64,000 bases of DNA from Phoronis australis (GCA_002633005.1 NMRA01000375.1:1-64000), one strand, 5' to 3'; positions 27,901 to 42,900 are shown, counted from the first letter of the stretch. Translations and numbers: made by a program. The notes: a model not told the origin generated them from the sequence alone.

Positions 27901-30900
27901 TATGGTCAGAACACCGACTGTTAAAGCTGGCAACTGAAGATTTTATTTCCCTTAGGAGACTGAGTTATGATGTCAGTAACTATTCTATTGATGTAAGAGT
28001 GTCAGAAATATATTTTAAGGGGCCACGACCTAACTTTCAAACATGCATGGTTTGCATGTCGGAAGTGCGATATAGCCCTGGAATTATGAGCGCTGATTAA
28101 TTGACGCAATTAGTGATACTCAGTTCTACTAGCACAGAGCATGCTATACATGTATGTGCGTTACGGGTTTGGTTACAATCACGACTGCGAAAGCATGACA
28201 ACGATGACAACCAGGTGCTTTAAAATCCTAGCAGTCTTGTTGGATAACAATTGTAAGCAGGTGCCACGCAAAGTACCTTCAAACCCCTCTTCCCTGGCTG
28301 ACCGTGTGCCCCGTCTCTGCCGGGAATGCCAGGCACCCCAGGAGCACCACTCTCTCCCGCAGCCCCTGGTGGTCCTTGAGGTCCCGTCACATTCGCAATT
28401 TGGCCCGGAGGACCTGGGTTTCCAGGAGCACCCTGTAACGGTAACGGTAAGGATCAGAGCTCTTCATGCGACACCACACTGAGTGAACAGGAATACGGGT
28501 TCTGACAACGAGTGAGTCATGTGTTCCTCTTGGTAGCAAACACTCGAATCAGAAGAGCACAACACATGACTTCCCATTAGCGTGTAATATTTACTGATCC
28601 ATCCATTGATTTTAACTGATCAAAGTCAAAGCAAGGGCTGAATTCACGTACCTTATCCCCAGGTCGACCGGGATCACCTGGCTGGCCCACTTCTCCTTTT
28701 ATCCCCCTATCTCCCTGTAACAAGACACCATTAGTATTGAACACGAAATTTAAAGAATCTTTCACCTCCAATGGTGATAGTTACTTATGACATATACTAA
28801 GCACTCCAAGCCAGTCAGGGTAATAAAGTCGACATCCGTGATGGGTTTGAGCTGCACACTCGGAATACATTAATTCCCTCACATGCTGGCTGTCGTTTAA
28901 CAGAATTGCTAACAAGAAAATTTTAAGAAGTTTGCATTAATCTACCTTCATTGTTGTTACAAAACATCCCTAAATAACGTGACGTAAACATAATTTGCAG
29001 CGGAACCTGGGGTCTAATCTTTGTACCCGAAATCGAAATTCTTTTGACATTTTCCTTTATTCTCTTTTGCTAATTCAAGACAAGTGTCTATTATTCTGCG
29101 CTCGATTACAGATTTACGTGGAGGACTGTCTAATTCTAGCTTGTACTTGATGACCCCAACAGTAACGCTACAAGTTCGAATCCATACTAAAAATGTCCAG
29201 TATTTGCTGAAAGCCTGCGCTTTTCACCATGAAAAATGTTGATTGACGATTTACGAAGTCCATTGGGAATATTTACCGACAATTCCGTATTTTCTACCAC
29301 TCAAGGACTCACGTTCTAGATAATCGAAATAAATCAACTCGAAATAATGTTTGTGGTAGTACTTCTAGTTATAATGTATACAGTCCTATGCTAGGCTCTA
29401 GTATGTTGGGTTTTTGCTAATTAGTGTCGCACATGATAATCCCTTGCTTCGTGCTACAGCCTAGTATCTGGGTTAAAAACACGAGCACAGATTATCTTTT
29501 GCTTCACTGGACATTGCTATTACAACAGGCAAGGTAATCTAGGGCAATTTAGACCAAAGTTGGGCTCTACGAAGTTTCTATCTGTACCCCGTTTCTTAGG
29601 TTATACACGTCTAGGTGGGGAACTGTGGGTCACATGAGCTTTTTTGTCTACCAATTGCAAACTACTGAGCTGGCGTATACCGTTTGACCTTTGGAACCAC
29701 GCTTTCCATCTTTCCCATATCGTCCAGCTTCTCCCTGTTAAAATAAAGAGAGGTCACAAGAAGGTTAGTGACATATGGCAAGATGTAGGGTAGAATAGAC
29801 AAACGAAACAATTGTTACCGTTTAAACGGTACATTTTCGTAACTTAGAAAACAGCAATTAGTGGGTTTGGGGCGAATGTTTTTTGGGAATTGTGGGTCTA
29901 GATGCATTCCTAGCCAAATAGTGTCTGAGGGGCTTTACCTAAAACACGTAATCGGCCGAGAATGGCTCAGACCTCATAGCGAGAAGCTTGCGGCCAAACG
30001 TCTTCGGTCGTTATGCGTGCAATCGACACTAATGGCCGAGAAACGGTGCACTTCATGGGCCTTTTAACGACCTCCCGTTTGCACAAGACCCATTTCTGAA
30101 ACCGATAACAATGTCCGATAAACGGTGATTTTCTCGGGAAAAGTTTTCGAAATTCTCAAAGACAAGCCTGGGGACTGACCTGGATGTGGACAAAAGCCAA
30201 CCTCGGCAAGCAAACACCCCGATTGAAGTAAGCGCATGCTGGCCGGTGTGGCAAGGTCCTGCAAGCGTGGTCACCTCGCGATGTAATCCACATCCATGTC
30301 AGAACCCGAGAAAAGCACCGTTTATCGGTCATTGTAACCGGTTTTAGAAGTGTGTCTTTGAAAAAGTCAATAGAAATGTACCGTTTATCGGCCCTTGTTA
30401 CCGGTTTCAGAAGGACCTCTTGTGAAAACGGGAGGTCTTTCTTAAGTACCGAAAAAAGCACCGTCTATCAACCACTGTTAACGGTTTGAGAAGGACCTCC
30501 CAGTTCAGCAAAAGGCAGACCGTTCACGACCCAAGTCATGCCTGTCGACCGTGGGCTTTGGGCAACCTCGTCAAGCAAACACCCAAAAATTAAACTTCAA
30601 TAAGGGCAATCTGGCCAGGGTGGCAAGCTCGCACGTGGTCGCCTGGCGATTCAGTCCAGAGTCAGCTCAGTCCCCGGGATGGCCTCTGCGAACTTCGAAC
30701 ATTTTTCTAAGGCCCGAGAAAAGCACCGTGTATCGGGCATTGTTGTTGGCATCACCAGGAGCACTTATTCCAGAAAGTGCAAGGCTGGCGAACCAATAGT
30801 AGCGGGTCGGTAGTGACCGCGTGCCTGACAAATCAACCTGGGCAAGCATACAAAGACAACCTGAATGCGTAATTAGTGCAAGCTGTCGCGCCGTGCCGCA

Positions 30901-33900
30901 ATGTATAAGTGGCGTCCCAGAGAGGTGTGCACCTCAGGTTCGCCAGACGGTACAAGGCTCCGGCCTGTAGCCGACAGCACTGCTGGCGGCTATCCATTAT
31001 GGCAGTAAGTGCTTTTTGCCCGCCGCACTCCGCCGACGGGGACACGGTCGTGCCAGTGGGCGGTGACGTGTGCTTGCATGGACTTGAATTTTGCGCAGCT
31101 TTCTGCAGCCGAGTAAATTGTTAACGTTTAAACGGTAACAATTTTGTCGTTTGTGCATTCTATCCTATATCGTGCCACTGATGAGGTTAGTCCAGAGGAC
31201 CGTTTAATGAAATTCCTTTTCCATTGTTCAACAACAGGCTCAACTCTGGCATATAAGAAATAAATGTTGTTTTTAGTTAGTGCGGTTTATAAACACATGA
31301 AGCTCGTACGTGCGATTGCTACAAAAAGGCGAAGATAGCTACATAATCCAGAAGCTTCACGTGTATCTCATTCTATTACGGACTATCATGACGTTCAAAC
31401 CACATACGTTGTCATCCCGCAGAAGCATTATTTCGGGGAGCTGGATGGTCGATGGCTTGTCTGCGTCGTTTTACATTCATCTACCACACCAACGCAAGTT
31501 TCGAACATGCATCGTAAATTACCTATCGTTCGAACATGTAGACCTTAACCCAGGCATAGGTAAAGCATGTTTAATTGAAAAGGAACGATCAAGCGCTCAC
31601 CATAGTGCCATACCTTAGACCCGGGTGGTCCCGGAAGGCCTGTATCCCCCGGTAAACCAATGTTCCCCTGAAATGAAATGCCAGACGGTAATTGTTTTAT
31701 TTAGTCGCAATAACTTGTTGGTTATTAGTCGCAATAACTTGTTGGTTGTGTTAAATTGATTAAAGGGTGTAACAAGTTGCTAATATCATGTAAATCATTA
31801 ATGACCCAGTTTTATGTGATGTCATCCTTTTCCAGTAATGGCGACGCTGCCCAATCTCACCTGTGCTCCAGGAAGGCCCGTGTCACCTGGACTTCCTTTC
31901 TCACCTTTGACCTGAAACAGCACTGTCTGATTAATTACATAATAAGAGTTACACGCTACTTGATGAGTCAATACGACTCCACAAAAAGACAGAGCATCAC
32001 ACAAAACGTCCCTTGCTACACTTTTTACAATAGCCCCACTGACAATACCTACATGTATAGCTGAACAAACATACGCACTTCCTTGAATAAAGGCAGTTTG
32101 GAGCAGTTTTACTTGGACTTTGATAAAAGAATTTGGGACGAGGAACAATAACAGTAAAAAGCTTATTAAGGTATAATCATGGCAAAATCCTGCACATAAT
32201 GAACTTTGGTCATATTCTTTTGCAGTATTGTTGCAAGTAAAGCTGTTCACTCACGGAGTGGCCACGCGGCCCCGGCGGCCCCACACTGCCGTCTTCACCG
32301 CTGGTTCCCTTCTCTCCTTTTCCTCCGGGTTGCCCCACAAATCCATTTTCGCCTTTATCACCCTGTTTACCCTAAAATCGAAAAAACAACTTAATTTTAC
32401 TAGTATTGTGGATGACATGAAAAAGGAGCCTTCCTCGTTTAGAAAGTCACCTGAGTTGACTAACCTGATAGGTGTTGTTATTTTCGTAATTTTAAAGTAC
32501 ACGTTATTTAAAAATAGAGTGCAAAAATACATAAAAATTGCTTACTTATTTGTTACTATTCTGCGCTCAATGAATTATTCTAAATTGCCTATAATCAGCT
32601 CAGCATGAAGACAAGTGTACAGGAGGAACGATAAAGTTTGTACCAGTACTCCGCATTTGCCACGAACTAACACCATCACAGTATTCACGTACGGGGACAG
32701 TGAACTCTCACAGAGGTTGTCGTGGAGTTAAGAAAGATAAACGATAGCAAGCGGAGACTAATCCGTGCCCTTGAAGGGAGGTCCAGCCTTCGTTTCTAAG
32801 GCGCTCCATCTAATTTTTATAACCAATAATAGATTGAAGCCATATAGTGTGGTCTAGCAATACATTATCCTTTCACTTGCATGATGCTGCGTAATCTTGC
32901 CAAACGCTCAATAAACTCGCCAGACAGAACTCTCAACGGTATACAAAAGAAATCTCAACATTATCCAAAACGACAAAGCTTCAGCATCTTCAGAAGCCAT
33001 GGAAACTTCCAGAGGTAGTTACCATTATTTTGTTTTAATGTTGAATGAAATAGCTTTGTGCTGTGCAATTGAAACGTGTATAAATGAGGATAAACCAGAC
33101 GTCCCTTACAAGTAAATGATCATTATGACAAATGAGTGTGTGCACGTACCTCGGGACCCCTCACACCGGTCAGACCAGGTAAACCTCTCTCACCTTTCAT
33201 ACCCTGCAAGCAGATCATGAGCGAAAAGGAAACTCTGATAACACAGTACACTGTACATCTTCAATAAGACCCAACACAAACTTTCACATCTAGCTTCTCT
33301 GTAACACAAAATTGAACAGAAACACGGTCATTGTGCAACAGACTTTGTCTGCCTAGAACCACGTACGTAATCCTCTTGACCGTACGTGATTCCCTCCGCC
33401 GAGTCAAATGGCTAAAAAATGTGACTGGAAGTCGTCACTGAGAACCGTAACCAATAGGGCCGTCTCGAATTACACGGTGATAGAACTCTCCTTTGCACTG
33501 GAGGTACGAAAGCGCCTGACCTAGTTTTGGAAATCAGGCACATTTTCGTGTCTCTATGATGCCGGGAAGGCGACAATTTTCAGATCACGCATCCAAAGGC
33601 ATTTGTTCAATTTATCAAAGATGTTCACGTCGCAGTTGCAGCCCACAGAACTGCAGTAATACTTCGCTGGTATTGGAATGGCGAATAGAGAAATGCAACG
33701 GAGAAAACTTGTAAAGAATCAGACAACAACAAATAACATGTGAAACTCCAGTGGCAGCAAATGTACCCGACGGATATTTAGGGCATTGAGAGTAAATACA
33801 GCGAGATTCAATTGTCGCTGTGTACCTATTGACCCGGCAGAATAAGTGCAGAGAAACAAGATGGACAATAAGACATAATCTTTGGACTTATCAGGTGGCA

Positions 33901-36900
33901 TTTTGTCTTCAACTGAATGAAATTTTCGACAAGCGTAATCATCCCTCGATCGTCAAATACGACGCTACTTATTGGAAGAGAATCAGCACTCAGAACGGGA
34001 TTTGAACCCCGCACCCATCCCCTTTGCCTATGTATATGCACTTTGCTACTCACCTTGGCTCCGTCTATACCCGGCAAACCAGGGAAACCAGCTTCACCCT
34101 TCCTTCCCTGCATAGATGATATATATTTCAAGTGTTCATACATGTATGTGTTATTATTTGCAATATCTTTTGATTTTATAATTCCATATAAATTCTAATT
34201 TTACTTAACTGATAATATATTGTAAATGTTATCAATAATATCTTGCACCCTAGGAGAGTAAAATACAGCCTAGTCTTTGGCGACAAAATGTAAACGTAAA
34301 GTTGTTTTGGTTACACGCAATAAGTTCAGTCACTCACATCAGACCCTGTTTTCCCAGGAACACCACCTGGCCCTTTCTCTCCTTGAGGACCAGTTTCTCC
34401 AAGATCTCCTTTTTGTCCTTTAAAACCAGGTGGACCCTGCCAATAAACAAAAACGTGTAATGCGCACTACAGACTATGTTAAGTTCCGTGTGACGTTGTC
34501 TCTCAACTCTGAGTACGGGATCCGACTGTCTTAAAGTTAGTGGGCCCGAGTTCTGCAACTAATACATCTAAAATTCAGATTTTGGTACCGTATACATTGA
34601 AAATAACCATTATCTTTCATCCAGGTCTAAAAAAAACCGAACCCGCGTGCCCTTGCATTCTCTAATAATAACCACGGACAAAATACTTTAGCGTGCGTTC
34701 AGTAACGCTAGGACCTACACTAAGACCTACATGTAGCTAAAATTTAGCCAAAGTCCCGTGTTCTCACTTAAAATACACGGCAATATCTCACGTAATCTCG
34801 AGAAGCCTTGCCTTTCAACAAGGTCCTAGCGTTACTGAAGTGGAGGCTGATCTTTAATTATTGCTAGAGAATGCAAAGACGACTCATGCAGAGTAGCGTG
34901 CTAAGGTTTGGTGACACCCTTGCCCCTCTATCCATTTACATGGATGGACCTAGTACTAAGATAAATGAAACAGATGAAACATAAAAGAGAAACTTCTGTT
35001 CATTTTCATTACAGTTTCAAAAAGATCAAGTTTGAGTCTAATACTGGAATAAAAACTTACAAAAATTAGCGACGTTGCGTCTGCATCTCACGGACTTCAG
35101 TGTGGCTTGTGACGTTATCGTTATTATGGCCAATTGGTGGCGTTTTGACCAGATGGCGCGGCATTTACGTCAGAACACCATCCCATACGTGTGACAAATC
35201 GAATCTTAAACCGCCTCTTTTATTTAAAGAGGGACTCTCAATGCGCTCATGGAAAGCTTCCTCTACACCCCTTCTGAACCAGTATTCCTCAAAGTCTAGG
35301 ATAGTGACATCATCAGTATTGAAATCATGTCCAGTGGCGCTCAGGTGGCTAAAAATAGCCGAATCATAAGTGTCCCCGTAACTAGGACGACGATGCTGTG
35401 ACATACGGATTTATATGGACTGTTTCGTTTCACCAATGTAACTGTCTGAGCACTGGGAATCCTTACACTGGACACCATAGACAACACAAAATTTATTACT
35501 CTTGGGGTTGTTGTCCTTGACATTAACCAGTTGGCTGCGAAGAGAATTAAACGGTTTGTGGATGATAGAAATGTCAAACTGTTTAAATATCCTCTTCAGG
35601 CGATCAAAAAGACCGTGGACGTAGAGAATCATCACACGAGTAGGAGAACGCACAGTAGGGGTTGTCTGAGTGTTTACTTTTCTCCTCTCTGATCTTTCCG
35701 GTTTGGTGTATTAGACTCAAACTTGATCTGTTTTCTCAACTGGATGTCTCAAAATTGTCATGCTTTTACAGTTTCAAAAAGTTTATTCATAGTGATTGGA
35801 TGCCCCCACCCCCCTCCCTGCGGTGTGGATGCCCCGTCACCGAAAGGAGAGCTCCCCAAATTCATGAGTGAGGGCGCTCGCTCCCTTCCACAATTCCCAC
35901 ATCTATGAGTAAAAATCTCAATAGAAGACAGACGAGTTAAGAGTAAAACCCGGCCAACAGGTAGAGCCGGTCTATACCCAAAATCACAGATTTTTTTTAG
36001 ACTTAGCGCATGTAGAAAAATTTCGCTTTTTAAGAATTTGCATGCATTATTTCTCTTTTTATGACACGTGCCTCCATTTTGTAACAACATTGGGCGCAGA
36101 TGTAGACATGTTTGAATGCATTTTACTAAGACGATAACAAATAAGTGATACGGTTTTAAAGGACTACGATTGAATATTAGAAAAGCATATCTTTCAAATT
36201 TCACTTTCAAATCTATATGCTTAGATTTTGTGTGGCAAAAACGGCTATTTTTCAGGTTTAAGTGTAAAGCCATTTTCGGCCAATTTTGGCACTCTGTAGC
36301 AGCCATAGTGCACCTTTTCAAAAACTGGGGAGTGCTAAATGAGTGCCGTCAAAAGGGGGCTCCAGACATCTGTGAGCTGGGGGGGGGGTACGCAGCTACC
36401 AACCGGGGGTGGGAACGGGCGCCACTTGAGTGAGGTGTCCATGGGGGGGCAAGGAGGTGCTCGCTACGCCAATGGATTGACTATTGTCATTTCACCTCAA
36501 CTACAAACTATGATTAAATACGATAAAATATATAAAACATGTATATGGCGAGCAATAGGAAAGCAAATGTGGGTCATTTAACTCCAGTTGTGACATTTGA
36601 TGTTGTGACTCTTTAATCGAAGGTTCCTGGTGGTACCAATTCGTCCTGTCCAAACTAAGCCAATCGACCGTGAAATGTTAATACCTCGTTCAGATTTTCA
36701 TCTGGAAGGGCTTGGGTGTTCAGGGTACAGACACTTTCTGCTTGGGTGAAAACCGGGACCAAATTCTCTTCGGTAAACATCGCATATGATTTGACTCCAC
36801 GATTTGTCCTGCTCAGTCACAAATTTAGCTATCATGATTTGTGCAGTGCCTAACAGCATCTCAGATGTTCTGAAATGTCTTTAGCATGACTGACTTAAGC

Positions 36901-39900
36901 CACAAAGCTTTTGTGATCGCAATTGTTTGATGAAGACTCTCTAAACGTACCGAGATGTCATTCGTTCTTCATTTTTGTCTTTAAAAACATAATAGCCTCA
37001 AAACCAGTCTTTACAAATAACAATCATTACAAATTCAAACTTCAAAGGATTTGTTTCCATTTAGTTGGCCTGAAATTGTCAAATAAATGATAACGGAAGA
37101 AAACAAGAGGGTTACATGTACAAGTTTTTTTATATCCTCAAACCTAATGTCAACTTACTCACTGGACAAAGGTCATCGGGCTCAGTTTTGAAAGTGATCG
37201 CCTAATACGTCCAGAAAACAACTTGTTTTTCATCTGAAAGACCTCAGACTTGACTTTTATAACGATCCAAAGCAGATTTCTCGTTCAATTTGTCTGTAAA
37301 CTATGCTCATCGTTTCCAAAACCGAGTTTTCCAAGACAATTTTCAATAAATGTAAAGTTGAGGCAAGATAATTTTTTGGTCAGTCATCAAGATTTACTTT
37401 TCAGAAGTTCAATTTAGGCCTACATGAAGCTACAAGGTGCAATATGGCAGTAAGAGGGTCACAAAAACGACCACGAAAATTAGCTTGGGAAAGTGGTCTG
37501 GGGATCATCCTCGTCTAGCACAAAGCCGTCAGATTTAAGTAAATGACAAATAATTATTTGCATTATGCATTGCTTATTTCAGCCACCAAAGTACAAATTT
37601 CAATCTATTTTGTAAGTTGTGTATTTTCGTTACTGAAAATATGCAATTTTGGAGACGGCTAATGTGACCAATCGCGGTTTAGTGCTCCAGTGACGAAATT
37701 AGGGATCATTGAGTGTACACAATGTGGTATCTTTAGATTTTTGGTAGGATACATATCCATGAATTTTGCCGTATAGCCTGATATTTGAAAATCTACTGGT
37801 TTTTTAATGTGAACTGCCTCTTAAGTTACTTGAGATATCGGAAAGAACGTCACCTGACAGAGCTCCAATGAACTAATGGACGCTCTTCCAGAAGTTCCAG
37901 CGTTCCTGTTTTCACAAATTACACATTTTAAAATCCGCCATCTTTTTTGAAGAAGCGCCCAACAAATGAAATTTTAAAAAAGCAAAAATTCGATAAGTTA
38001 AATGCAATATTTCCTGTATCGCTAGAAGTCCTCAGAAGGTCAACTTTTACGTTGTTCTGAGTAGCCAAAAGTCACAGGCGACAGTGTAGCATTTGTGGTG
38101 TTACGTGTTGAGTAAAACATCAACGCATTAGAGCTTTTGAGTTTATTTGAGCAACTGTTTCTGTTTTTGCGAGTTTTTCGTCGTTTTACTTTTAATTATT
38201 ACACGGTGCGACTTATCGAGTGTATGAAAATGTTACAATTCCTTTAAACACGGTATTTTGTGTAATTGTTACAACTATGAATTCATGAGTATGTTTACTT
38301 GGAGATTAAAGTGCCATTAGTCCGATAAATGCACATATGCTTTGAAACCATAATTTACACAACGAGTACCAAGCGTTTGATTGTGCTTTGTAACATCAGA
38401 CATCTGACCCTATAACAGGAATATGTCAGCAAGTTGCGAGAAATCCTCTAACAAACTGAACATGACTAAAACTTGCCTACGGTCAACAATGACTATGGAA
38501 TGCCCTACAAGCCTTGATATTCTTAGGTGTGGTGACATCGTGCACAAGTTCAGGGAGAGAAAGGCACACAAAAGAGAATTTGAATATTTCATGGTCACCA
38601 CATCAAACCTCACTTTTCAGTCTTGTGACGTTTTTTTCACATTATTAGACTAAAACAAAAATCTGTCGTGAAACTTATATCAAGAGTTACATTCTGATCT
38701 TACAACCGAACTGCCAAAAACCCACGCTGCACCACTCACAACAAACAGTTATTTAACAGAAAAATTCACTTTGTTACGGAACTTTCGGAGGACAGAGAGA
38801 GATGAACAATGGAGTTATTCTGGCCTGCCCGCTGTCAGTGACGTAGACGCAAGACGCTCGCGAAAAAGGAAGATCATCAAAGCCCAATAAGAGTCACGTG
38901 AGTGAAAAGCGATTATTTCGCGAGTACACGCGGGACCTTACTAGGGTATACCAGCAAAATCTGCACCATAGAAGTGCTTGGTCATGAGTTTTAAATGTTG
39001 ATTTATGGGATACTGTTCCGTGTTTCTGTACCAGTGAAGATTTCTCGTTGCAAGTGCTCTATGCAAGATATATCTTACTCGCTGGAACAAAAAGTCACCA
39101 CGACAACGCGGGCATTGGACAGATCATTGACTAGCGACCACGTTACTTGGTGTTGGCTTACGTAGTTAATTAATATCTTACAAGGTGTTCTGTCAAGTAC
39201 GACATACAATAATTATACGCAGATGGATGGTGGACAACTGAGCAAGCCTAAAAAGGACATTTCATTGATTTGTTATTCTAAAGGTAGGTTGAACTTTAGA
39301 GTCTGAAACGGCACTGACTTAATGTATTGTATAAGCAACTTTTAAATGGTCAAGATTAGAGAAATCTTTTCACCTGCTCATCTACCCATCTATCACTCTG
39401 TCTGCTATCTGCCTATCTGACTCTCTGTCTGTCTTACAGCCTAACTATCTACCTGTACAGGTGTGTAATACAACCACTTTAAAGTTGTATTTCGCCCTTG
39501 TTTAGCTGTCAATGTTCATTTCACACCTGAAGTGCTTTGGGGGTTAAAACATTACCACGCTCATCCGATCTTGAATTATTCACTAATAGGCCAGCAATTC
39601 AAGTAACAGGCAACGTGTGTCTGTGTCATTTTCGAATACGCAATTATAAGATCGGTCAGCTTCAATAAACTCTGAAGCGTTTTCTCGGGTCGCTGATGGT
39701 TTCCATGTACTCGTTGGTAACGAAAATAGAAACTTGTCGCGGTAAGGACTATTATGAGACAGATTTTACGATAGTAAAAGGGCTTCATTTCTAGTCAGCT
39801 AAACAGAGAGAAATGCCGCTTTATCTTTGAACCACTTACCTACTTTCTCGCGTTACCTGCTGAATCCAAGATATGGTTAACAAAAATATCCGGTAACAAG

Positions 39901-42900
39901 ACATCTAACAATAAATGAATATATCTATTTCTCACATGACCTAGAATGTGTTACGACACGACTGGTTAATAACACCGAGTACGTAATTTTTGATATTATA
40001 TGGGCGAATCACAAAGTAGTGAAAACTGGAAATCCATACGCCTTACATTTTATGGTCTACAAAACATTAATACCAACACCCAAACGCGCGCCAACCAAAC
40101 CATGCGCGTACCCAGGGGGGCTCAGGGGGCTCAAACGAGCCCCTCCCATTTGGCGAAGTGGGTCAGAAGGTCCGCCTCAGAGAAACAAAAAGTCCGAAAA
40201 ACGAGACGAATGTCCACCCAAATTCGGCGCGAATGCACAATTCATAGCTCTGAATGTAGTACCCCGTTTTCTTTTAGTCCCCGTTTTTTTTTCAGTAAAA
40301 ATTCCACATACTGAAAAATTTGAGTACCTCCTATATTTTAGGCTGGGTGCGCGCGCATGCAAACAATGCTGGAATTCCATGAAGGTGGCAAGGTTATGAT
40401 TGACAAATCAGGTGTCGCAACTGTACGTACTCCAAATCGGGGGGACATGGAAAAAAACTTCGCAAACGGACCCATCTACGGCGAATTCCATATCATCGTT
40501 CATTCAAAGAGAGACGAACACAAACTCAAGAAACGCGGTGAGACTGTTTAGCTCAGCTGTCTCAAGGCCAATTCAGTGCTCAGGTGCGGGAAGCCCTGCT
40601 AACTGTTAATTATGAACATTTGTTGAGTTTTAATATTACAACTTTAAACACCATTTATTACATTCTAATTTGAACATTTGTTACGAAAGCTGAATGCAGT
40701 TTGCAACTGTGAAGTTTAAAATAAAACAGACTATTAACAAAAAGTAATTGAGTTACTTTACATTGTACAAGCGTGTTTTCACAAAAATTGCGACATGTGG
40801 TTGAAAGTTTTAGACATATTTCGGGATTTAAACGAAATTTCCAAAAGGTTTTGCCCATGACATAAATCTGAGACTCCTATAGGATTCTCTATTTTCACCT
40901 CATAAGTGCATGCCAGACAACGCCCTTAAAAGTACACGGTCAAGAAGATTCCGTATGCAACGGATAAATTTCCGAAATAACCTCACCTGTGTTCCGTTTT
41001 GACCAGGTGGACCAGCGGGGCACGCGACTTGGCAAACATCGGTGGAGGTTTGCTGCAAGGCACAAAAATATCTAAAGGTCAAGCGTAATCCAAACCGAAC
41101 TAAAGGAGTGAGTGTACTATTCTTAGTGTGATGGGTTGTGAAGATACCTTTCGATCAGCAGGTGTGAAGGTCAACCACGCATGCTTGCTAATTGCTATCA
41201 CCTAGAAGCCATTCATCAAATTTTGCGTGTAAACCTTGCTTTGCTGACATTGTCAATTTCCTAGGTTTTCTGTAGAATACAAAGACAAACTGTATCAAAT
41301 GCTTTCAACAGATCAAGTAAAATGTAATGTGACCGCGGTACATAATACAAAATCGCAGTCATATAAGCGCGTATTTAGGCTCAAGGGCCTATACATGAAG
41401 CTACGCCTGCATTCGGAAGTAGGCATGTGAGCATGTACACGAACATTTGATTGACACAAAGCTTGAAGGTGACGCTACAGACATACAAACCGCGTCCGTT
41501 TTTTTAATATTCTTAGTTAATTGGCTCAAAGAATGTATTGAAAAGTCTTGAGAACGTTACAAGCTCGCATAATTGCCTGCTGCGTGTACATGCTTTTAGT
41601 TTGTAGCCTAATTCTAAACACTTCACCGAGATTCGTAGAAGAAACTAACTTTTGGTTTAGAACACTGTTGCCTCTATAAAATTAATCTTGACTGTTCCAT
41701 TCTCAAATGAGAAGTGATTTATGCTCCAGCACAGAACTGAAGAGAATGTGCTAGGCAAATGAAATGGCACGCCGTGACAAGTAAACTTTCAGAGCTTATT
41801 ATCAAGCACTAACGAGCTGTCAATTCTTTCTAAATCCAGAAGTCACTCCTATTTTAAAGAGACCAAATTTACTAACTGTAATTGGCTTAAATCAACATTC
41901 GTTTTCACTGTAGACGAAATTATAAACCCTTTAACAGTATATTTGAAATTATGTTGGCATATCCAATGCTTTTAATGAAGGGGTGAATTTAAATCGTTTA
42001 ACTTTATCAGTTTCTTACCAATCATAGTACTCTATTCGGTTCTGGTTCATTTCAACGGGAACGTGTTTTGTCCAACTCTTGCAAATATGAAAACTAATTT
42101 TGCAACAGTTTGTCACTGAGCTAGACTGTTATACACATGCACCTGTTATTCTAGACTGTTATACACGACATGTACATGTACCTGTTATTCTACACTGTTA
42201 TACACGACATGTACATGTACCTGTTATTCTAGACTGTTAAACACAACATGTACATGTACCTGTTATTCTGGACTGTTATACACGACATGCACATGTACCT
42301 GTTGTTCTAGACTGTTATACACGACATGTACATGTACCTGTTATTCTTCTTCGTTACCTGAACTCGTGTTATGTGTGTCATAATCTAGGAAATGCCTAGT
42401 TAAGCAAGTGGCGTAAACATGTTCCGCAGGTGCGAGCTTTAGTGGAGCACAAAGAGTTTGAAGGTATTTACAGGAAAGCACACACCTGTACAAAGGAAAG
42501 GCCACCACCTGCGACTATAACAGAAATTTAGGCGCATGCTGCTTGAGAAAACAATTGTATTTGAAAAAGAAAATGCATTACTTCGGATACAGGCGCGTGG
42601 GTCTAAACACGCGCAAATACGGTTTGAACGTTTTTCTTGAAATGTCGAAATTACCATGCATATGCGTGCATATAAACAAACCCAGTTACCTCTTGAAGAG
42701 TGGATTTGATTGCCTGTCAAAACAAAACAACTGTTACAACTGAAGTACGGCAGATCACGTGGCGGTAGGCACAAGTCGCTTTACAGTAATTTGTGACAGA
42801 TGGGACACTTGCGCTTTGTGGAATAATACCTCAAGCTGTAAATCGAGGCATTTAGAAACTTTATTAAGCACCTAATCACCTTGAAGAATTTTTAAAAACG

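Noticed and set aside
39800-39880. Strong minus-strand donor (TAG|gtaagt at 39840) as an alternative first exon for a short, NC4-less isoform like vertebrate COL9A1
   Set aside because: No ATG/signal peptide or compatible frame upstream of the donor; unsupported.
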